A stretch of DNA of 64,000 nt from an uncultured Chloroflexia bacterium. GTDB taxonomy: Bacteria; Chloroflexota; Anaerolineae; CG2-30-64-16. The notes under the pieces were generated by a model. The model was not told the origin of the DNA. It made no database searches and saw only the letters and a program-made list of their open reading frames with translations. A program made the translations under genes and the position numbers. Of the stretch, positions 1 through 11,582 are shown in pieces (the stretch's first letter is position 1; each line of letters opens with the position of its first letter). The DNA is taken from NCBI GenBank assembly GCA_963774265.1, contig CAVZDU010000001.1, forward strand, positions 736,001 through 800,000, read 5' to 3'.

Positions 1-649
1 TGTCCACGAGGCAACCGCGATCCTCAAGTTCCTGCAGTCGGCGCACGTCCGCATCCAGGATGGTGACATGCGCTCCCGCAGCCTTAAACATGCGGGCCGC
101 GTTTGCGCCCACGATGCCTGCGCCGAGGATGATCACTCTCGCGGGCGGAACACCGGGCACACCTCCCAGCAAGATGCCATGGCCGCCCTCATTATTTTGA
201 AGCAATTGGGCTGCGATTGAGGCGATCATGCGGCCGGCAATCTGGCTGGCCGCGGCCAGAACGGGCAGATGCCCTTGCCCATCCTGAATGGTCTCGTAAG
301 CAATCGCCGTGATCTTGCGCTCAAGCAACAATTCGACCTTGCGGGGGTGAGCGACTGCGAGGTGCAAAAATCCGCACAGCGTTTGTCCCGGGTGCAGCAG
401 CTCAAATTCGGGCAGCAGGGGGCGCGAGACAATAAGGATCATATCGGAGCGGCCGTACACCTCCTCGACAGAGTAGACGATTTGCGCGCCGGCGTTGCGG
501 TAACGCTCGTCGTCGAATCCGCTGCCTTGCCCGGCGTCGCGCTCGACATAGACGCGGTGGCCCTGGTGCGTCAGAATTTCCACCCCCATAGGCGTCAATC
601 CCGCGCGATAGTCAAAAGGTCGTTTTTGCTTGGGGATTCCGATGTCCAT
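1..649 (-). CDS. ald: Alanine dehydrogenase (N-terminal part; runs off the window start)
   Basis: Not in the ORF track; translated by hand from ATG at 649 (SD GAGGAGG): MDIGIPKQKRPFDYRAGLTP...AYETIQDGQGHLPVLAAASQIAGR...GILLGGVPGVPPARVIILGAGIVGANAA, typical AlaDH motifs. Confidence 0.9.
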   Translation of the reverse strand, partial: MDIGIPKQKRPFDYRAGLTPMGVEILTHQGHRVYVERDAGQGSGFDDERYRNAGAQIVYSVEEVYGRSDMILIVSRPLLPEFELLHPGQTLCGFLHLAVAHPRKVELLLERKITAIAYETIQDGQGHLPVLAAASQIAGRMIASIAAQLLQNNEGGHGILLGGVPGVPPARVIILGAGIVGANAARMFKAAGAHVTILDADVRRLQELEDRGCLVD

Positions 650-708
650 GAAGTGCCTCCTCTTTGAGGTGAGCGTCCTGTGGACCGGCCTTCAATTCGG
701 GGCCGGCA

Positions 709-2046
709 TCACCCATCCAGCCAGCGGCGGATCGCGTCTTTTACGGTTGTAGCTTCGGCGGGCAGTTCCACCGGTGGGTTGCGCTGCCGTGAAACGATGT
801 CAGCGAGCGTTCCTTCGTGGTAGCCTACTTTGAATTCGCTGAACTTCAGGCCGTGTGCTGTGGAGATGACCACCACGCGTTGTCCCGGTTCAATTACGCC
901 TTGCGCGGCGAGCTTGCGCGCGACCGCCAGAGCCACACCCGTGTGCGGATCGGCGAACAGTCCACGCCGGTCGGCCAGGGCGCAGGCGTCCGCCAGCTCG
1001 TCCTCGCTGGCCTGCTCCACGACGCCGCCGAAATCGCGTAAAGCGAGGACTGCCTTCTCATAACTGACAGGATTGCCGATCCGAATGGCAGATGCGGCGG
1101 TCGAGCCTGCCGTTATGGGTTCCAGCCGGTCAAACCCTCGCCGATACGCCAGATACAAGGGATTGGCGCGCTGCGCCTGCGCTGCAGCTAAGCGCGGCAA
1201 CCGGTCGATCAGGCCGAGCGCCTTCGCCATCGCCAGCCCCTTAGCCAGCGCTGAGATGTTGCCCAGGTTTCCGGACGGAAGGACGATCCAGTCGGGCGCG
1301 GACCAGTCGAGCTGTTGGATGATCTCAATGCCGACCGTCTTCTGGCCCTCGACGCGAAGCGAGTTCATCGAGTTAGCCAGGTAGATCGAATCGTCCTGCG
1401 TGACCTCCTGGACAATTCGCATGCAGCCATCGAAGTCCGTGTCCAGCGCCAGGACGCGCGCGCCGTGTGCGATGGGCTGGATGAGCTGCGCCGTGGTGAT
1501 CTTGCCCTTCGGCAGAAAAACAATGGTGGGGATGCCGGCCGCTGCGCCGTAGGCGGCCAGCGCGGCCGAGGTGTCGCCGGTCGATGCGCAGGCTACGGCG
1601 CGCACAGCCGTGTTTCCGGTCGCCATGATATGGTTGACCGCGCTGACCAGCACGGTCATGCCCAGGTCTTTGAACGAACCGGTATGGCTGATGCCGCACT
1701 GTTTGACCCACAGCTCGTCCAGTCCAAGATCGCCGGCCAGGCGCGGCACGGGCAGGAGCGGCGTCCACCCTTCGCCCAGCGTGACGATGCGATCCGTCTT
1801 GATCTGCGGCAGCACCCACTCCTGTTTCGCCCAGACGCCCGAAGCCCCGTGCCGCAAGTTGAACAGGGTGCGCCAAGCGCCACCATCGCGAGCGCTGGCC
1901 AGGGCGGCCTCATCGTGTGCTACTTCCAGAAGCCCGCCGCACTTGGGGCAGCGGTAGATCACGCTGAATACATCATAGTGGCCTGTGCAGCCGCGTACGC
2001 AGCGGTAGGAGGCCGTGAGTGGGCAGTGGTGTTCTGGCACGTTCAC
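709..2046 (-). CDS. thrC: Threonine synthase (PLP-dependent)
   Basis: [13 protein letters not shown]-lysine motif, [34 protein letters not shown]; N-terminal CxxC...CxxC. Start placed at GTG 2046 (approximate). Confidence 0.93.
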   Translation of the reverse strand: MNVPEHHCPLTASYRCVRGCTGHYDVFSVIYRCPKCGGLLEVAHDEAALASARDGGAWRTLFNLRHGASGVWAKQEWVLPQIKTDRIVTLGEGWTPLLPVPRLAGDLGLDELWVKQCGISHTGSFKDLGMTVLVSAVNHIMATGNTAVRAVACASTGDTSAALAAYGAAAGIPTIVFLPKGKITTAQLIQPIAHGARVLALDTDFDGCMRIVQEVTQDDSIYLANSMNSLRVEGQKTVGIEIIQQLDWSAPDWIVLPSGNLGNISALAKGLAMAKALGLIDRLPRLAAAQAQRANPLYLAYRRGFDRLEPITAGSTAASAIRIGNPVSYEKAVLALRDFGGVVEQASEDELADACALADRRGLFADPHTGVALAVARKLAAQGVIEPGQRVVVISTAHGLKFSEFKVGYHEGTLADIVSRQRNPPVELPAEATTVKDAIRRWLDG

Positions 2047-2170
2047 ATCCAACGATTGTTTGACGCTGAGTGTAGCACTAGCGGTCCGTTTGGGCAAAGC
2101 CCGTCCGTTCTTGTTAGCACAAATGAAATGGACTAGAATGATCCTGAGGAGTTGCGAAAGGCTACCCACC

Positions 2171-2659
2171 ATGGTCGATCCCCAACAGTCGCTACTGACA
2201 CCCACTGATCTGGCGCGGTTTATTGCCGAGCACCGGATCGATGCGCAGATTGTGCCCGTAGGGATGGAGACTCCTACCGTGCCCGCGGCCGCCGCGGCGC
2301 TCGGCGTCCAGGCAGCGCAGATCATCAAAACGCTCCTCTTCCTGGTCAAGGACGAGGCGGTCGTGGTGATTGCGAGCGGCGACACGATCGTGGATCGGCG
2401 GCCGCTGGCCGGCCGGTTCGGCGTGGGCAAGAAGCAGGTGAAGCTGGCCGATTCGCAAACCGTGATGCGCGTTACCGGCTATCCGGTCGGCGGCGTGCCC
2501 CCCTTCGGACACGCGATGTCAGCACCCGTGTTCCTGGATGAGCAGATCCGCATTTGGGGAGTGGTCTACGGCGGCGGCGGCGACGATCATACGCTGCTGC
2601 GGGTCCCGACCTCCGAATTGGCGCGCATCACGCTTGGGGAATGGATCGCATTATCATGA
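2171..2659 (+). CDS. YbaK/EbsC-family aminoacyl-tRNA deacylase
   Basis: IIKTLLF and [18 protein letters not shown] motifs; ATG at 2171. Confidence 0.88.
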   Translation: MVDPQQSLLTPTDLARFIAEHRIDAQIVPVGMETPTVPAAAAALGVQAAQIIKTLLFLVKDEAVVVIASGDTIVDRRPLAGRFGVGKKQVKLADSQTVMRVTGYPVGGVPPFGHAMSAPVFLDEQIRIWGVVYGGGGDDHTLLRVPTSELARITLGEWIALS

Positions 2660-2660
2660 T

Positions 2661-3867
2661 TCAGAACTGCCCCTGCATCGAACCAGCGTATCCGGTCAGT
2701 TCGACATAGCCATCGCCAGACACTGCCCGCGCACCCAGGGTTCCCGTGACCCGGACAGCACCCTCCCAGTACGAGTAGGACACATTCATTTCCTGGTCCT
2801 GAAGGTGCGGTGTGATTGTCAGGCTCAGCTCCGCAGAAGGGATATCCAGCCGCCAACCCGACGGATATTCTGCGTCGGTGTGTGGGCTGCGCCAGCGCCC
2901 CGTGGTTTGAAGTGAGAAGTAGGGGCGGCCCTCGCGGCCGCCCTCCTCCGTCGTCAGAGTCAGTGTCGCTCCGCTTGCGGCAATAAGCGTCCCGCTCGAG
3001 AAAGCATCGACGCTGCCATCATTGCGGCGCAATTGGAATACCATCAATTCAGTGTCGTTATCGAGCTGGATGCTAAACCAGTCCCACCCCACCTGCTCGC
3101 GACCCAGAGCGCTTGTGCTGTATTCGTGATCCATCCATCCCAGGCCGCTCACGGTGAGGGTCTTGCCCTGCACCGTCACCGTGCCCTCCGCCGCCATGCG
3201 CGTCAGGCTGTAGTAGATGGAGGCGTTGGTCGTCTCCTCTCCCTTTTGCGAGTACCCCTGGTCGCCCTGCAGGACGGGGCCCTTCATGTCCGTTAGCTCG
3301 AGATTGAGCTGGATATCACCCGCGGCCGCGGTCAGCCTTTGGGGCGCCATGCGATAGGGTAAACTCCGGCTTCCCAGGACTGCTTCGCCCGTCACCGACC
3401 AATCTTCCAGCCAGACGCGAAACGGCTCGGCCTGCGCGCCGGCAACGCCGCCTGCGCCCCGCGCCAACTTCTCAAAGGCGGTGTGCCTGCCACCCGCTAC
3501 GTCGGTGATTGCGAAGTGCGCCATATAGACCTGGTCTGCCGCCCAGTCAGAGGTGCGCGCCGCGCGTTGGTCCGGCGGTGTGAGCGCACGGCGAAAGAAC
3601 GTGAGTTGATACCCGAAGTGCTCGCCGTTTTCGCTCTGGAGATTGCCTGTGTAGTACCACCACTCGGTCTGGTAATCCTCGTGCGGCCCGTGATCCTGCG
3701 GGAACTGGGGTACGATTCCGGGCTGCGCCTGCGCAAACCCAGCCGTGTCCGCCGGAGCGGCCTCGGCCACCAGGCTCGCGCGCACCTCGCGTCCGTTCGC
3801 GCGGCCACACCGCCCAAGTCGCAGCCGCGACGGCCACTACCACCATTACAATCCAGATCCGTTTCAT
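2661..3867 (-). CDS. Secreted lipocalin-like AttH/CrtC-family protein (one frameshift near 3790)
   Basis: FPQDHGPHEDYQTEWWYYTGNL, WMDHEYS, GWDWFSIQL, YWEGAV, GYVELTGY. The hydrophobic N-terminus [13 protein letters not shown] lies in another frame; ATGA overlap with the permease. Confidence 0.85.
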
Positions 3868-6437
3868 TCGCCCCTCAATGCCTCGGCCGCAGCCATTCGG
3901 CCCAGCCGGAGCGCTGGATACGCGCCGGCTAACAACGCGGCCACTACTGCCAGGGCCAGCGCCTGGGCAAAGACCTTGGGATCCGCAAAGAGCTGCATCG
4001 TCCACCCGAACGAGCGCCGGTTGATGATGAAGATCAGCACGACCGCCAGGGCTAAGCCGGTCGGCATTGCCAGCAGCCCTGCCACTGTCCCCATCAGTCC
4101 GGTCTCCAGGAACACCAGCCCGCGCAACTGCCCTACGGTCAGCCCCACCGCGCGCAGCAGTCCCAGCTCGCGCGCCCGTTCGAGTTGCAGCGAAAGCAGC
4201 GCGGCCAGCACGCCGATGAACGCCACTACGGCGGCAAGCAACTGCAGCGCGCCCGTGATGGCGAACGCTCGATCAAACACGGCCAGCGCCTCGTCACGCA
4301 GCACCGCATTCGGCCGAACGATGACATCCTGCACGCCCGTCAGCGCACCGCGCAGGCCGTCCACCGTGCGATCAATATCCTCGCCGGGTTCCAGAACCAT
4401 GAAGCACCGCGGTGACCGCCGTGTCATTCCAGTTCGTCCGGTACAGATCGAGCCCCATCATGACGGTGCCCTGGCTGCTGGAATAGTCGCGATAGATGCC
4501 CGCGACAGGAAAGTCCTTGGGGCCGTGGTCGGTGAATAGGGTGACCCTCGCATCGCGGGCCGGCAAGTTGAGACGGTTGGCCAAAGGCTCGCTCGCCAGC
4601 ACTGCACCGTTCTTAACGGCCTGGCGCACATTTTCACGCGTTCCATCGGTCGATACGAAGATCCTTGGCGCCGTGAAGTCCTCATCGGATACGGCCGCAA
4701 TGCCGATCGGCCCTTCGGGCGACGACACATCCGTCGATCGCAGGACGTCCCACCGCGTGACGCCAGGCCATGTGCTCACCACTTCGCTGACGCGCGGGTC
4801 CAGCGGCGCCGGCGAGCGCGTGGCCGTCAGCGCGGGGGCTGACACGTATATGTCGCCCCACAGGGTTTGCCCCAGCCAGGCCTCGACCGTGGTGCGGAAG
4901 CTGCCGACCATCAAACCCACGCCGATTGTCACCGAAACCGCCACCATCAGGGCCGCCACCGCGACAGCGGTTCGGCTCAGCGCACCCGTCACGCTGCGTG
5001 GGGCCATCCGCCCTGTCACGCCGAAGAGCGCGTTGGTCAGCGGCAACACTCGGAGATTGAACACGAGCGTCGCCAGGGGCGCCAGGAACGCGAAACCGAT
5101 GGTGAGCAGGAAGATGCCGCCGAAACTCACAACGAGCGAGCGGGTCGGCAGCAGAAGCAGTACCGCGCCAAGGGCGATCGCCCCCAATCCGGCCAGGGAG
5201 ATGACCGGGATCAGCCGCCGTGCTTTGTCCTCCAGCCCCGAGCGGGTCAACGCCATGCGCGGTGGGACAGTCGATGCCTCCCACGCAGGCAGCGCTGCGG
5301 ATACCACCGTGGCGGTCACCCCCGCGAGCGCACCCTTAATGAGACTTTCCGGTGGGATGACAATACCGCGCACCGTTACCACGAAATAGAGGTCGTTGAT
5401 CGTTTGGGTGACCAACCGCACTGCACCCTGGCCGAGCAGGACGCCCAGTCCCAGGCCCAACGCAGAACCCAGCAACCCCACCAGGGCGGCCTCGCCCAGC
5501 ACCAGCCATGCCACCTCCTGCCGCGTGACGCCCAGGCAGCGCAAGGCGCCGAACAGCGGCCGCCGCTGCACGACCGAAAAGGTCATGGTGTTGTAGATGA
5601 GGAACATGCCGACCACCAGGGCCAGCAAGCTTAAGGCTGTCAGGTTGGTGCGGAATGCAGTCGTCATCTGTTCAACCGCGCCGGTGCGCGCGCGGAGACG
5701 GGGATGATGCGTGCATCGTCGGGCAACAGCGCACGGATCGCATCGAGGCTGGAAGCGTCACCGGGAGGGACGATGAGATCGATGTGGCTCAGCCTGCCCA
5801 CCTGCCCCAGCGTTTCCTGCGCGGTAGCGATATCCGCCAATACGATGCCTTCGAGCGCGCGGCGCGCCAGCCGGTCCTCGGGGCGCAGCAGTCCGGCGAT
5901 GAACCCCGTGGAGGGCCGACCGGCCGCGCTGAATTCGACTGTGTCGCCAAGGCCGAGATTGTAGTCCTCAGCCAGCCCCTCGGAGACAAGCAGCGCGCCG
6001 GGCCGCGTCAAAAATGTGACGAGCTGGCCGATCTCGGCCGGGCTGTTTGCCGAGCCAGCGCTCTCTGCCGCAAGATACGAGCGAAACGGGTCCTCTGCGA
6101 AGGGGTCTATGCCCAGCAATTGGATCGGCCGGTTGCCGAGCTGGGGGGAGATGATGTAATCCGTCACGACCGGCGCACTGGCGATGCCCGTGCCGGTGGT
6201 TCGCAGGCGGGCATAGATCGACTCGTCCAGCCCGGCCGGCCCGCCGATAATCTGGTGTGTCGCCTTGCCCGCGATCGTTTCGGTGCTCAGGTCGAACGCG
6301 CGGCTGGCTGCGCTGTTTGCAAGATCGATCGCCACCATGACGGCTACGCCCAGCGTGATGCCGATGATCATCAGCACAGTCTGCCAGGGATGACGCAGGA
6401 GATAACGCCATCCGACGTTGAAGAGCGCCTGGCTCAC
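3864..6437 (-). CDS. FtsX/MacB-family ABC permease (AttF/G-like), split into three ORFs by frameshifts near 5680 and 4420
   Basis: ORFs 5664-6437, 4372-5667 and 3864-4427 join into a two-FtsX-domain permease ([34 protein letters not shown]). Confidence 0.88.
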
Positions 6438-7360
6438 CGTCCCACTTCGCTCTCGCTTCGCGGATCCTGCCGCGCGGCAGTAGGGGCGGGTCTTGCACCC
6501 GCCCGGCTTGCACCCGCCTGGCTGGCACCCGCCCGGCTTGCACCCGCCCGGCTGGCACCCGCCCGGCTGGCACCCGCCCGGCTGGCACCCGCCCCTACGA
6601 CCGCAGTGGCGAAGCCGGGTTTTGAAGTGGGATCGAATTCCAGCTTTCCATCGCGTAAGTGGTACACACGGTCCGACCAGGCGGCCGATTCGGGGCTGTG
6701 GGTGACCATCAACAGATTTTTGCCCGCCTGCCGCGTCAGCCGGTCCAACAGCGCCAGCACTGACTCCCCGGTGTTCTCATCAAGGTTGCCGGTTGGCTCG
6801 TCGGCCAGCACAAGCTGGGGATCATGGACCAGGGCACGCGCGATGGCGATGCGCTGCTGCTCGCCACCCGAGAGTTTGTCGGGATACGCGCCCGCGCGAT
6901 CCAGCAACCCGACCGCCTGGAGCAATGGTTCGGCCTGTTGGCGCGCGGCTTTCGGCGTCGCGCCGTTTAGTTCGACCGGCAAGGTCACATTTTCAATGAC
7001 CGTCAGGGTGGGAATCAGGTTAAAGAACTGGAACACGAAGCCGATGTGCCGGCGGCGAAACAGGGTGCGATCCCGCTCGCTCATGGCAGTCAGCTCTTGA
7101 CCCCCTATCCACACCTGCCCGCCGTCGGGTCGATCGATCCCGCTTACGACGTTCAACAGCGTGCTTTTGCCGCTCCCGCTCCGGCCGACCAGCGCGACAA
7201 ACTCGCCCCGGCAAAACTCTGCCGATGCGTTCTGGAGCACAACCCGTCGCCGGTCGCCTTCCTGGTAGGCCTTGGAGAGGTTCAGGAGCCGCACGAACGG
7301 GACTCCCGCGTCCGCGGGCTCATTTCCGTTATTTTCGATGGATTTTGGCTGGCGATTCAT
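6434..7360 (-). CDS. ABC transporter ATP-binding protein (LolD/MacB-like) with a repetitive C-terminal tail
   Basis: Walker A GRSGSGKS, signature LSGGEQQR, Walker [17 protein letters not shown]; C-terminal (ASRAG)n. Confidence 0.93.
   Translation of the reverse strand: MNRQPKSIENNGNEPADAGVPFVRLLNLSKAYQEGDRRRVVLQNASAEFCRGEFVALVGRSGSGKSTLLNVVSGIDRPDGGQVWIGGQELTAMSERDRTLFRRRHIGFVFQFFNLIPTLTVIENVTLPVELNGATPKAARQQAEPLLQAVGLLDRAGAYPDKLSGGEQQRIAIARALVHDPQLVLADEPTGNLDENTGESVLALLDRLTRQAGKNLLMVTHSPESAAWSDRVYHLRDGKLEFDPTSKPGFATAVVGAGASRAGASRAGASRAGASRAGASQAGASRAGARPAPTAARQDPRSESEVGR
6480..6598. repeat. GTAG-ended REP-like inverted repeat enclosing a 15-bp tandem array (6 units plus a partial one), inside the ABC ATPase gene
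   Basis: GTAGGGGCGGGT (6480-6491) ... ACCCGCCCCTAC (6587-6598); internal units GCACCCGCCYGGCTK from 6495. Confidence 0.9.
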
Positions 7361-7528
7361 GGCCCAAGCTTAACCGAATGTGGTCTTGCCGGCAGTAAGC
7401 CCACCACCGATTAGACAAAGCTTATACAAGTTCCTCCAAGGGCAGGAGCAAGATGCGCCCAAACATGAAGCCGCACAGGTGACTCTCACTTGTGCGGCCT
7501 CAATTGGCTGTCCTGAGTCAGCAGACAC

Positions 7529-8149
7529 TCATCCCACTGGCGTCGGCACCACCCTTCGGCCCGCCTCAAATGCCCTCCGGTTCAACTCCACGAATTTCGC
7601 CGGCACGCGTTCGGTGATCACCGCGAGCCACGCATCGGCCGTCAGTCCGGGCGCAAGGCCCTCGTGCTCAACCAGGGCAGACAGCGCGCCGAGCAGCACG
7701 ACGTTGGCGGCTTTGGCATTGCCCAGTTCGGCCGCGATCCGCTCGCCTTCTATGTACACGGCCTTGTCCGTGACCTGGCTGATCGCGTTGCGCACCCGTT
7801 CGTCGTCCGGGTAAGGCTGGCCGCCGGATGTCACGGTGATCGGCTCAATGGCCTGCAGATTGACCACAACCAGCGCGTCCCGGCGAAGCTGCCCCAGGCT
7901 GCGCAGCGCCTCCGCTTTTTCGAATGCCAGGTACACGTCCACCTCGCCCGCGCCCACCAGGGGCGAATAGACGACCTTGCCCCAGCGCACGAAACTCGTC
8001 ACGCTGCCCCCGCGCTGCGACATGCCGTGGACCTCGGCCTGCTTGGCCTGGAAGCCGGCCTGCAACCCGACATTCACCAGCACATCGCTCGCCAGGATCG
8101 TCCCCTGGCCTCCCACACCCGCGAGGAGGAAATTAACCGTATCCCTCAT
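7529..8149 (-). CDS. iorB: Indolepyruvate:ferredoxin oxidoreductase beta subunit
   Basis: [32 protein letters not shown]; adjacent to iorA. Confidence 0.92.
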   Translation of the reverse strand: MRDTVNFLLAGVGGQGTILASDVLVNVGLQAGFQAKQAEVHGMSQRGGSVTSFVRWGKVVYSPLVGAGEVDVYLAFEKAEALRSLGQLRRDALVVVNLQAIEPITVTSGGQPYPDDERVRNAISQVTDKAVYIEGERIAAELGNAKAANVVLLGALSALVEHEGLAPGLTADAWLAVITERVPAKFVELNRRAFEAGRRVVPTPVG

Positions 8150-8160
8150 CGTTGACCTCC

Positions 8161-9948
8161 TCAATTCGCCGACGGGCGGAATTTAATGGCGTCGCGCGGG
8201 CAGATCTGCGCACACACTTCGCAGCCGGTGCATGCCGCGGCATCGATCAACGCCTTCGGCCGGCCTGTCTTCTCGTCCAGCTCATCGCTCTTCAAGATCG
8301 CAGGACATCCTATGCGGAAACAAAGCGTGCAGCCGTTGCAGACGTCAGCCAGCACCTCCAGCGGCACCCAGCGTTTGCGTGCGGCGGGCAGCAACGCACA
8401 CTCTTCGCGGGTGATCAGCACGGTCGGCTCGTCGAGTTTCAGATACTCCTTGAGCGTCTTCTCGATCTCCTCGACAGCGTACGCGGGTACGGTTTTGACG
8501 TGCCGGATACCGCATGCGCGCACAAGCGGTTCGATTTCGATGACCGGCGCTTCCTGCCCTTGCAGCGTATGCCCGGTGCCCGGGTTCTCCTGATGGCCGG
8601 TCATGCCCGTCACCCGGTTGTCCATGATGATCGTGACGATCGGCGCCTGGTTGTATGCCGCGTTGATGAGCGCCGGGATGCCGGTGTGGAAGAAGGTCGA
8701 GTCGCCCAGCACGGCCACATGGTGCTCGGGGCTGCCGGCCTTGGCCGCGCCGTGCGCCACGCCGATGCTCGAACCCATTGCACCGCAAGTATGGATGGCG
8801 CTCAGCGGCGGGATCATGCCCAGGGTGTAGCAGCCGATGTCGCCGTTGACGGGCACTTTGAGCTTGTTCAGCACGTAAAATGCCCCGCGGTGCGGGCATC
8901 CGGGACACAGCACTGGCGGCCGAGCCGGCAGCTGGCCGACCTGAACGTCGACGAGGGGCACGTGCGCCCCTGCGGGCAACAGGCCTGCGTCGATCGCCGC
9001 TTCGCGCACCACGCGCGGATCGAACTCGCCGACGATCGGGAAAATGGACTTTCCTTCGCAAGGGATGCCCATGAGCCTGACCGCCTCTTCGATGAACGGG
9101 TCGAGCTCCTCGATGACGATCAACCGGTCCACCGATGCGGCGAAATCACGGATCAGCTTCTCGGGGAGCGGCCACGTCATCCCCAGCTTCAGCACCGAAG
9201 CGCCCGGGAAAACCTCTTTGGCGTACTGGTACGAAACGCCCGCGGTGATGATGCCCAGCGACCGGTCACCCGTCTCGATGCGGTTGAAGGGATAGCTCTC
9301 GGCAAAGAGCGCCACGTCCTTCATGCGCTGCTCGATCACCGGGTGGCGCGCTCGCGCGTGGGCCGGCAGCATGACGTACTTGGACAGGTTGCGGGGAAAC
9401 TTGCTGATAATGGCCGGGCGCTCCTGTCGCTCGCCCAACATCACCGCGCTTGCAGAGTGGCAGATGCGCGTGGTCATCCGGAGGAGCACAGGGGTGTCGA
9501 ACTGCTCGCTCAGATCGAACGCGGCCACCATGATGTCCTTGGCTTCCTGGCTGTCGCTCGGCTCCAGGCAGGGGATGCGCGCAAACTTCGCAAAGGTGCG
9601 GTTGTCCTGCTCGTTCTGGCTGGAGTGCATCGCCGGGTCATCGGCGGAGATGATGATCAGGCCCGCCTCCATGCCGGTCATGGACACGTACATGAACGCG
9701 TCCGCGGCGACGTTAAGTCCCACATGCTTCATGGATGCGAATGCGCGGCGGCCGGCATATGCCGCGCCGATCGCGACATCGAGCGCTACCTTTTCGTTCG
9801 TGGCCCACTCGGCATAGACATTGGGGAACCGGGCAAACTCTTCGAGAATTTCGGTGCTGGGGGTTCCAGGATAAGCGGAGGCGACAGCTACGCCCGCCTC
9901 CCACGCGCCGCGCGCTACGGCTTCATCGCCGGAGAGCAATCGGATCAC
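8161..9948 (-). CDS. iorA: Indolepyruvate:ferredoxin oxidoreductase alpha subunit
   Basis: SAYPGTPSTE, NEKVA, MKHVGLNVAAD, CPGCPHR, GDIGCY, GDSTFFHTG, C-terminal 2x[4Fe-4S] motifs. Confidence 0.95.
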   Translation of the reverse strand: MIRLLSGDEAVARGAWEAGVAVASAYPGTPSTEILEEFARFPNVYAEWATNEKVALDVAIGAAYAGRRAFASMKHVGLNVAADAFMYVSMTGMEAGLIIISADDPAMHSSQNEQDNRTFAKFARIPCLEPSDSQEAKDIMVAAFDLSEQFDTPVLLRMTTRICHSASAVMLGERQERPAIISKFPRNLSKYVMLPAHARARHPVIEQRMKDVALFAESYPFNRIETGDRSLGIITAGVSYQYAKEVFPGASVLKLGMTWPLPEKLIRDFAASVDRLIVIEELDPFIEEAVRLMGIPCEGKSIFPIVGEFDPRVVREAAIDAGLLPAGAHVPLVDVQVGQLPARPPVLCPGCPHRGAFYVLNKLKVPVNGDIGCYTLGMIPPLSAIHTCGAMGSSIGVAHGAAKAGSPEHHVAVLGDSTFFHTGIPALINAAYNQAPIVTIIMDNRVTGMTGHQENPGTGHTLQGQEAPVIEIEPLVRACGIRHVKTVPAYAVEEIEKTLKEYLKLDEPTVLITREECALLPAARKRWVPLEVLADVCNGCTLCFRIGCPAILKSDELDEKTGRPKALIDAAACTGCEVCAQICPRDAIKFRPSAN

Positions 9949-10052
9949 TTTTCAAACCTCCGTTGGTCATTCAACTGGCGGACTTTAGGATATACCCATT
10001 GGCCGCTTTCGGCCATGATTCTTGTCAGTATCCCGCAGAAAATGCGACAGGG

Positions 10053-11486
10053 TCACGCGATCTCCGTCCCACCAGACGGTTCCACGTGGATCACGACGCG
10101 GCCCAGGTTTGGCACCTGGTTGCGCAGCATGCTTTCAACGCGTTCGGTCATCGTGTGCGCCTCGATAATCGGCAGGGCCGAATCCATCGTGCAGTGGAAG
10201 GTCACCTGCATCTCGCCGCCGACGCGCCGTACGGTCACATCGTGCGGCTTGCAACCCAGGCTGTTTTCGGCGTCCATGTTGAGCAGGATCTCCCGCACCA
10301 GCTCTTCATCCGCCGAGCTGGCGTTCTTGCGCACCAATGCGTCGCCGGTCGGCTCGATATGCGTCATGACTTGATCGATCGCCGGCAGCATCTTGCGAAG
10401 CGCATCCTCGAAGGCCGTCGCCTGTTCGTGCGCCTCTTCCACGGTCAGCGTATCGCTGACCTCCAGGTGCAGCTCCAACAGGTGTCCCCCGCTCTGCAGA
10501 TCGTAAATTCGCACGCCGTGCGCGCCCATGCCGTGCTGCGCGGCCAGCATCCGTACACTGGTGAGCACCCCCTCATGGTCCGACTTGACCGGGTCCACCT
10601 GCACAACAACATCCGCCCCAGGCAGAATTTGGCGCACCGCCGCTTCGGCTGCCACCGCGATCTGATGCGTTCGTTCCAGCGGCGTATCGCGCGCAATCGT
10701 CAGGCGCACATCCGCGAAGCTCTCCGGCCCGCTGCGACGCACCCGCACCTGCTTAACTTCCAACACCCCCGGCACTCGCACGGCCCGCATGACGTCACTG
10801 CGCACCGATGTGGGCACACCATCGATCAGCGCAGCCACCGTGCGTCCACCGAGCTGCATGCTGACGTAGACTACGATACCCGCCACCATGAGTGCGGCCA
10901 TTGCATCGGCTTTCGCCAGCAGCGGGATGCCGAGCCGCGCTGACAGCCACACACAGGCCAGACCCACGATGACCACCGCCGACGACCAGATGTCCGTGGA
11001 GAAATGGAGCGCGTCGGCCTCCAGGGCCTGGCTGTCATATTTCTTGGCGGTCCGGTACAGAATTCGCGACCGCGTCCAGTCGATGGCAATCGCGATGATC
11101 ATAACGATAAATGCCCAGATACTCGCTTGGACGTGAACTTCCTCAAAGAAGAGGCGGCGAATGGCCTCGTAGATGATCCAGACACAGGTGCCGAGGAGCA
11201 GGAGGGTCTCGAATAGAGCGGAAAGGTTTTCGACCTTGCCGTGGCCGTAGTTGTGTTTTTCATCCGCGGGCCTGCCCGACACTCTCACCGCAAGCAGCGT
11301 CACGACGGCCGCGACGAGGTCCAACGCACTGTGGGCAACTTCCGCCAGGATGCCCAAACTGCCGGTCATGATGCCGACGATCAGCTTGAACAGGGTGAGA
11401 AAAATCGCTGCAACGACTGAACTGAGCGCGGCCCCGTGTTTTTCGCGCGTGGCCGTGGCCTCCTTACTCTCATAGACTGCGGTCAT
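10053..11486 (-). CDS. Cation diffusion facilitator (FieF-like) with three tandem C-terminal dimerisation domains
   Basis: HSALD, HNYGHGKVE, ADALHFSTD; three repeats ending VQVDP, THIEP and IHVEP. Confidence 0.9.
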   Translation of the reverse strand: MTAVYESKEATATREKHGAALSSVVAAIFLTLFKLIVGIMTGSLGILAEVAHSALDLVAAVVTLLAVRVSGRPADEKHNYGHGKVENLSALFETLLLLGTCVWIIYEAIRRLFFEEVHVQASIWAFIVMIIAIAIDWTRSRILYRTAKKYDSQALEADALHFSTDIWSSAVVIVGLACVWLSARLGIPLLAKADAMAALMVAGIVVYVSMQLGGRTVAALIDGVPTSVRSDVMRAVRVPGVLEVKQVRVRRSGPESFADVRLTIARDTPLERTHQIAVAAEAAVRQILPGADVVVQVDPVKSDHEGVLTSVRMLAAQHGMGAHGVRIYDLQSGGHLLELHLEVSDTLTVEEAHEQATAFEDALRKMLPAIDQVMTHIEPTGDALVRKNASSADEELVREILLNMDAENSLGCKPHDVTVRRVGGEMQVTFHCTMDSALPIIEAHTMTERVESMLRNQVPNLGRVVIHVEPSGGTEIA

Positions 11487-11582
11487 ACCTGCCTCAATCG
11501 CGTTTCGGTGAGCTGCAACTCACCCCACTCCGCTGTCGCTTCGAGGATGCGTCGAAGGGCGGCAATTTACACGGCGGTTGTT

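Noticed and set aside
269-667. 132-aa plus-strand ORF from the track
   Set aside because: It is the antisense of ald, which the track missed because the gene runs off the window.
6495-6594. CRISPR array
   Set aside because: The 15-bp units are contiguous with no spacers, and there are no cas genes.
7468-7501. Hairpin GCCGCACA...TGTGCGGC after iorB
   Set aside because: A plausible terminator but imperfect and without a clear U-tract; nothing unusual.
8152-10374. Long antisense ORFs (740 aa here; also 5655-7100, 40222-41538 and others)
   Set aside because: Shadow frames of real genes in GC-rich DNA, with no recognisable motifs.
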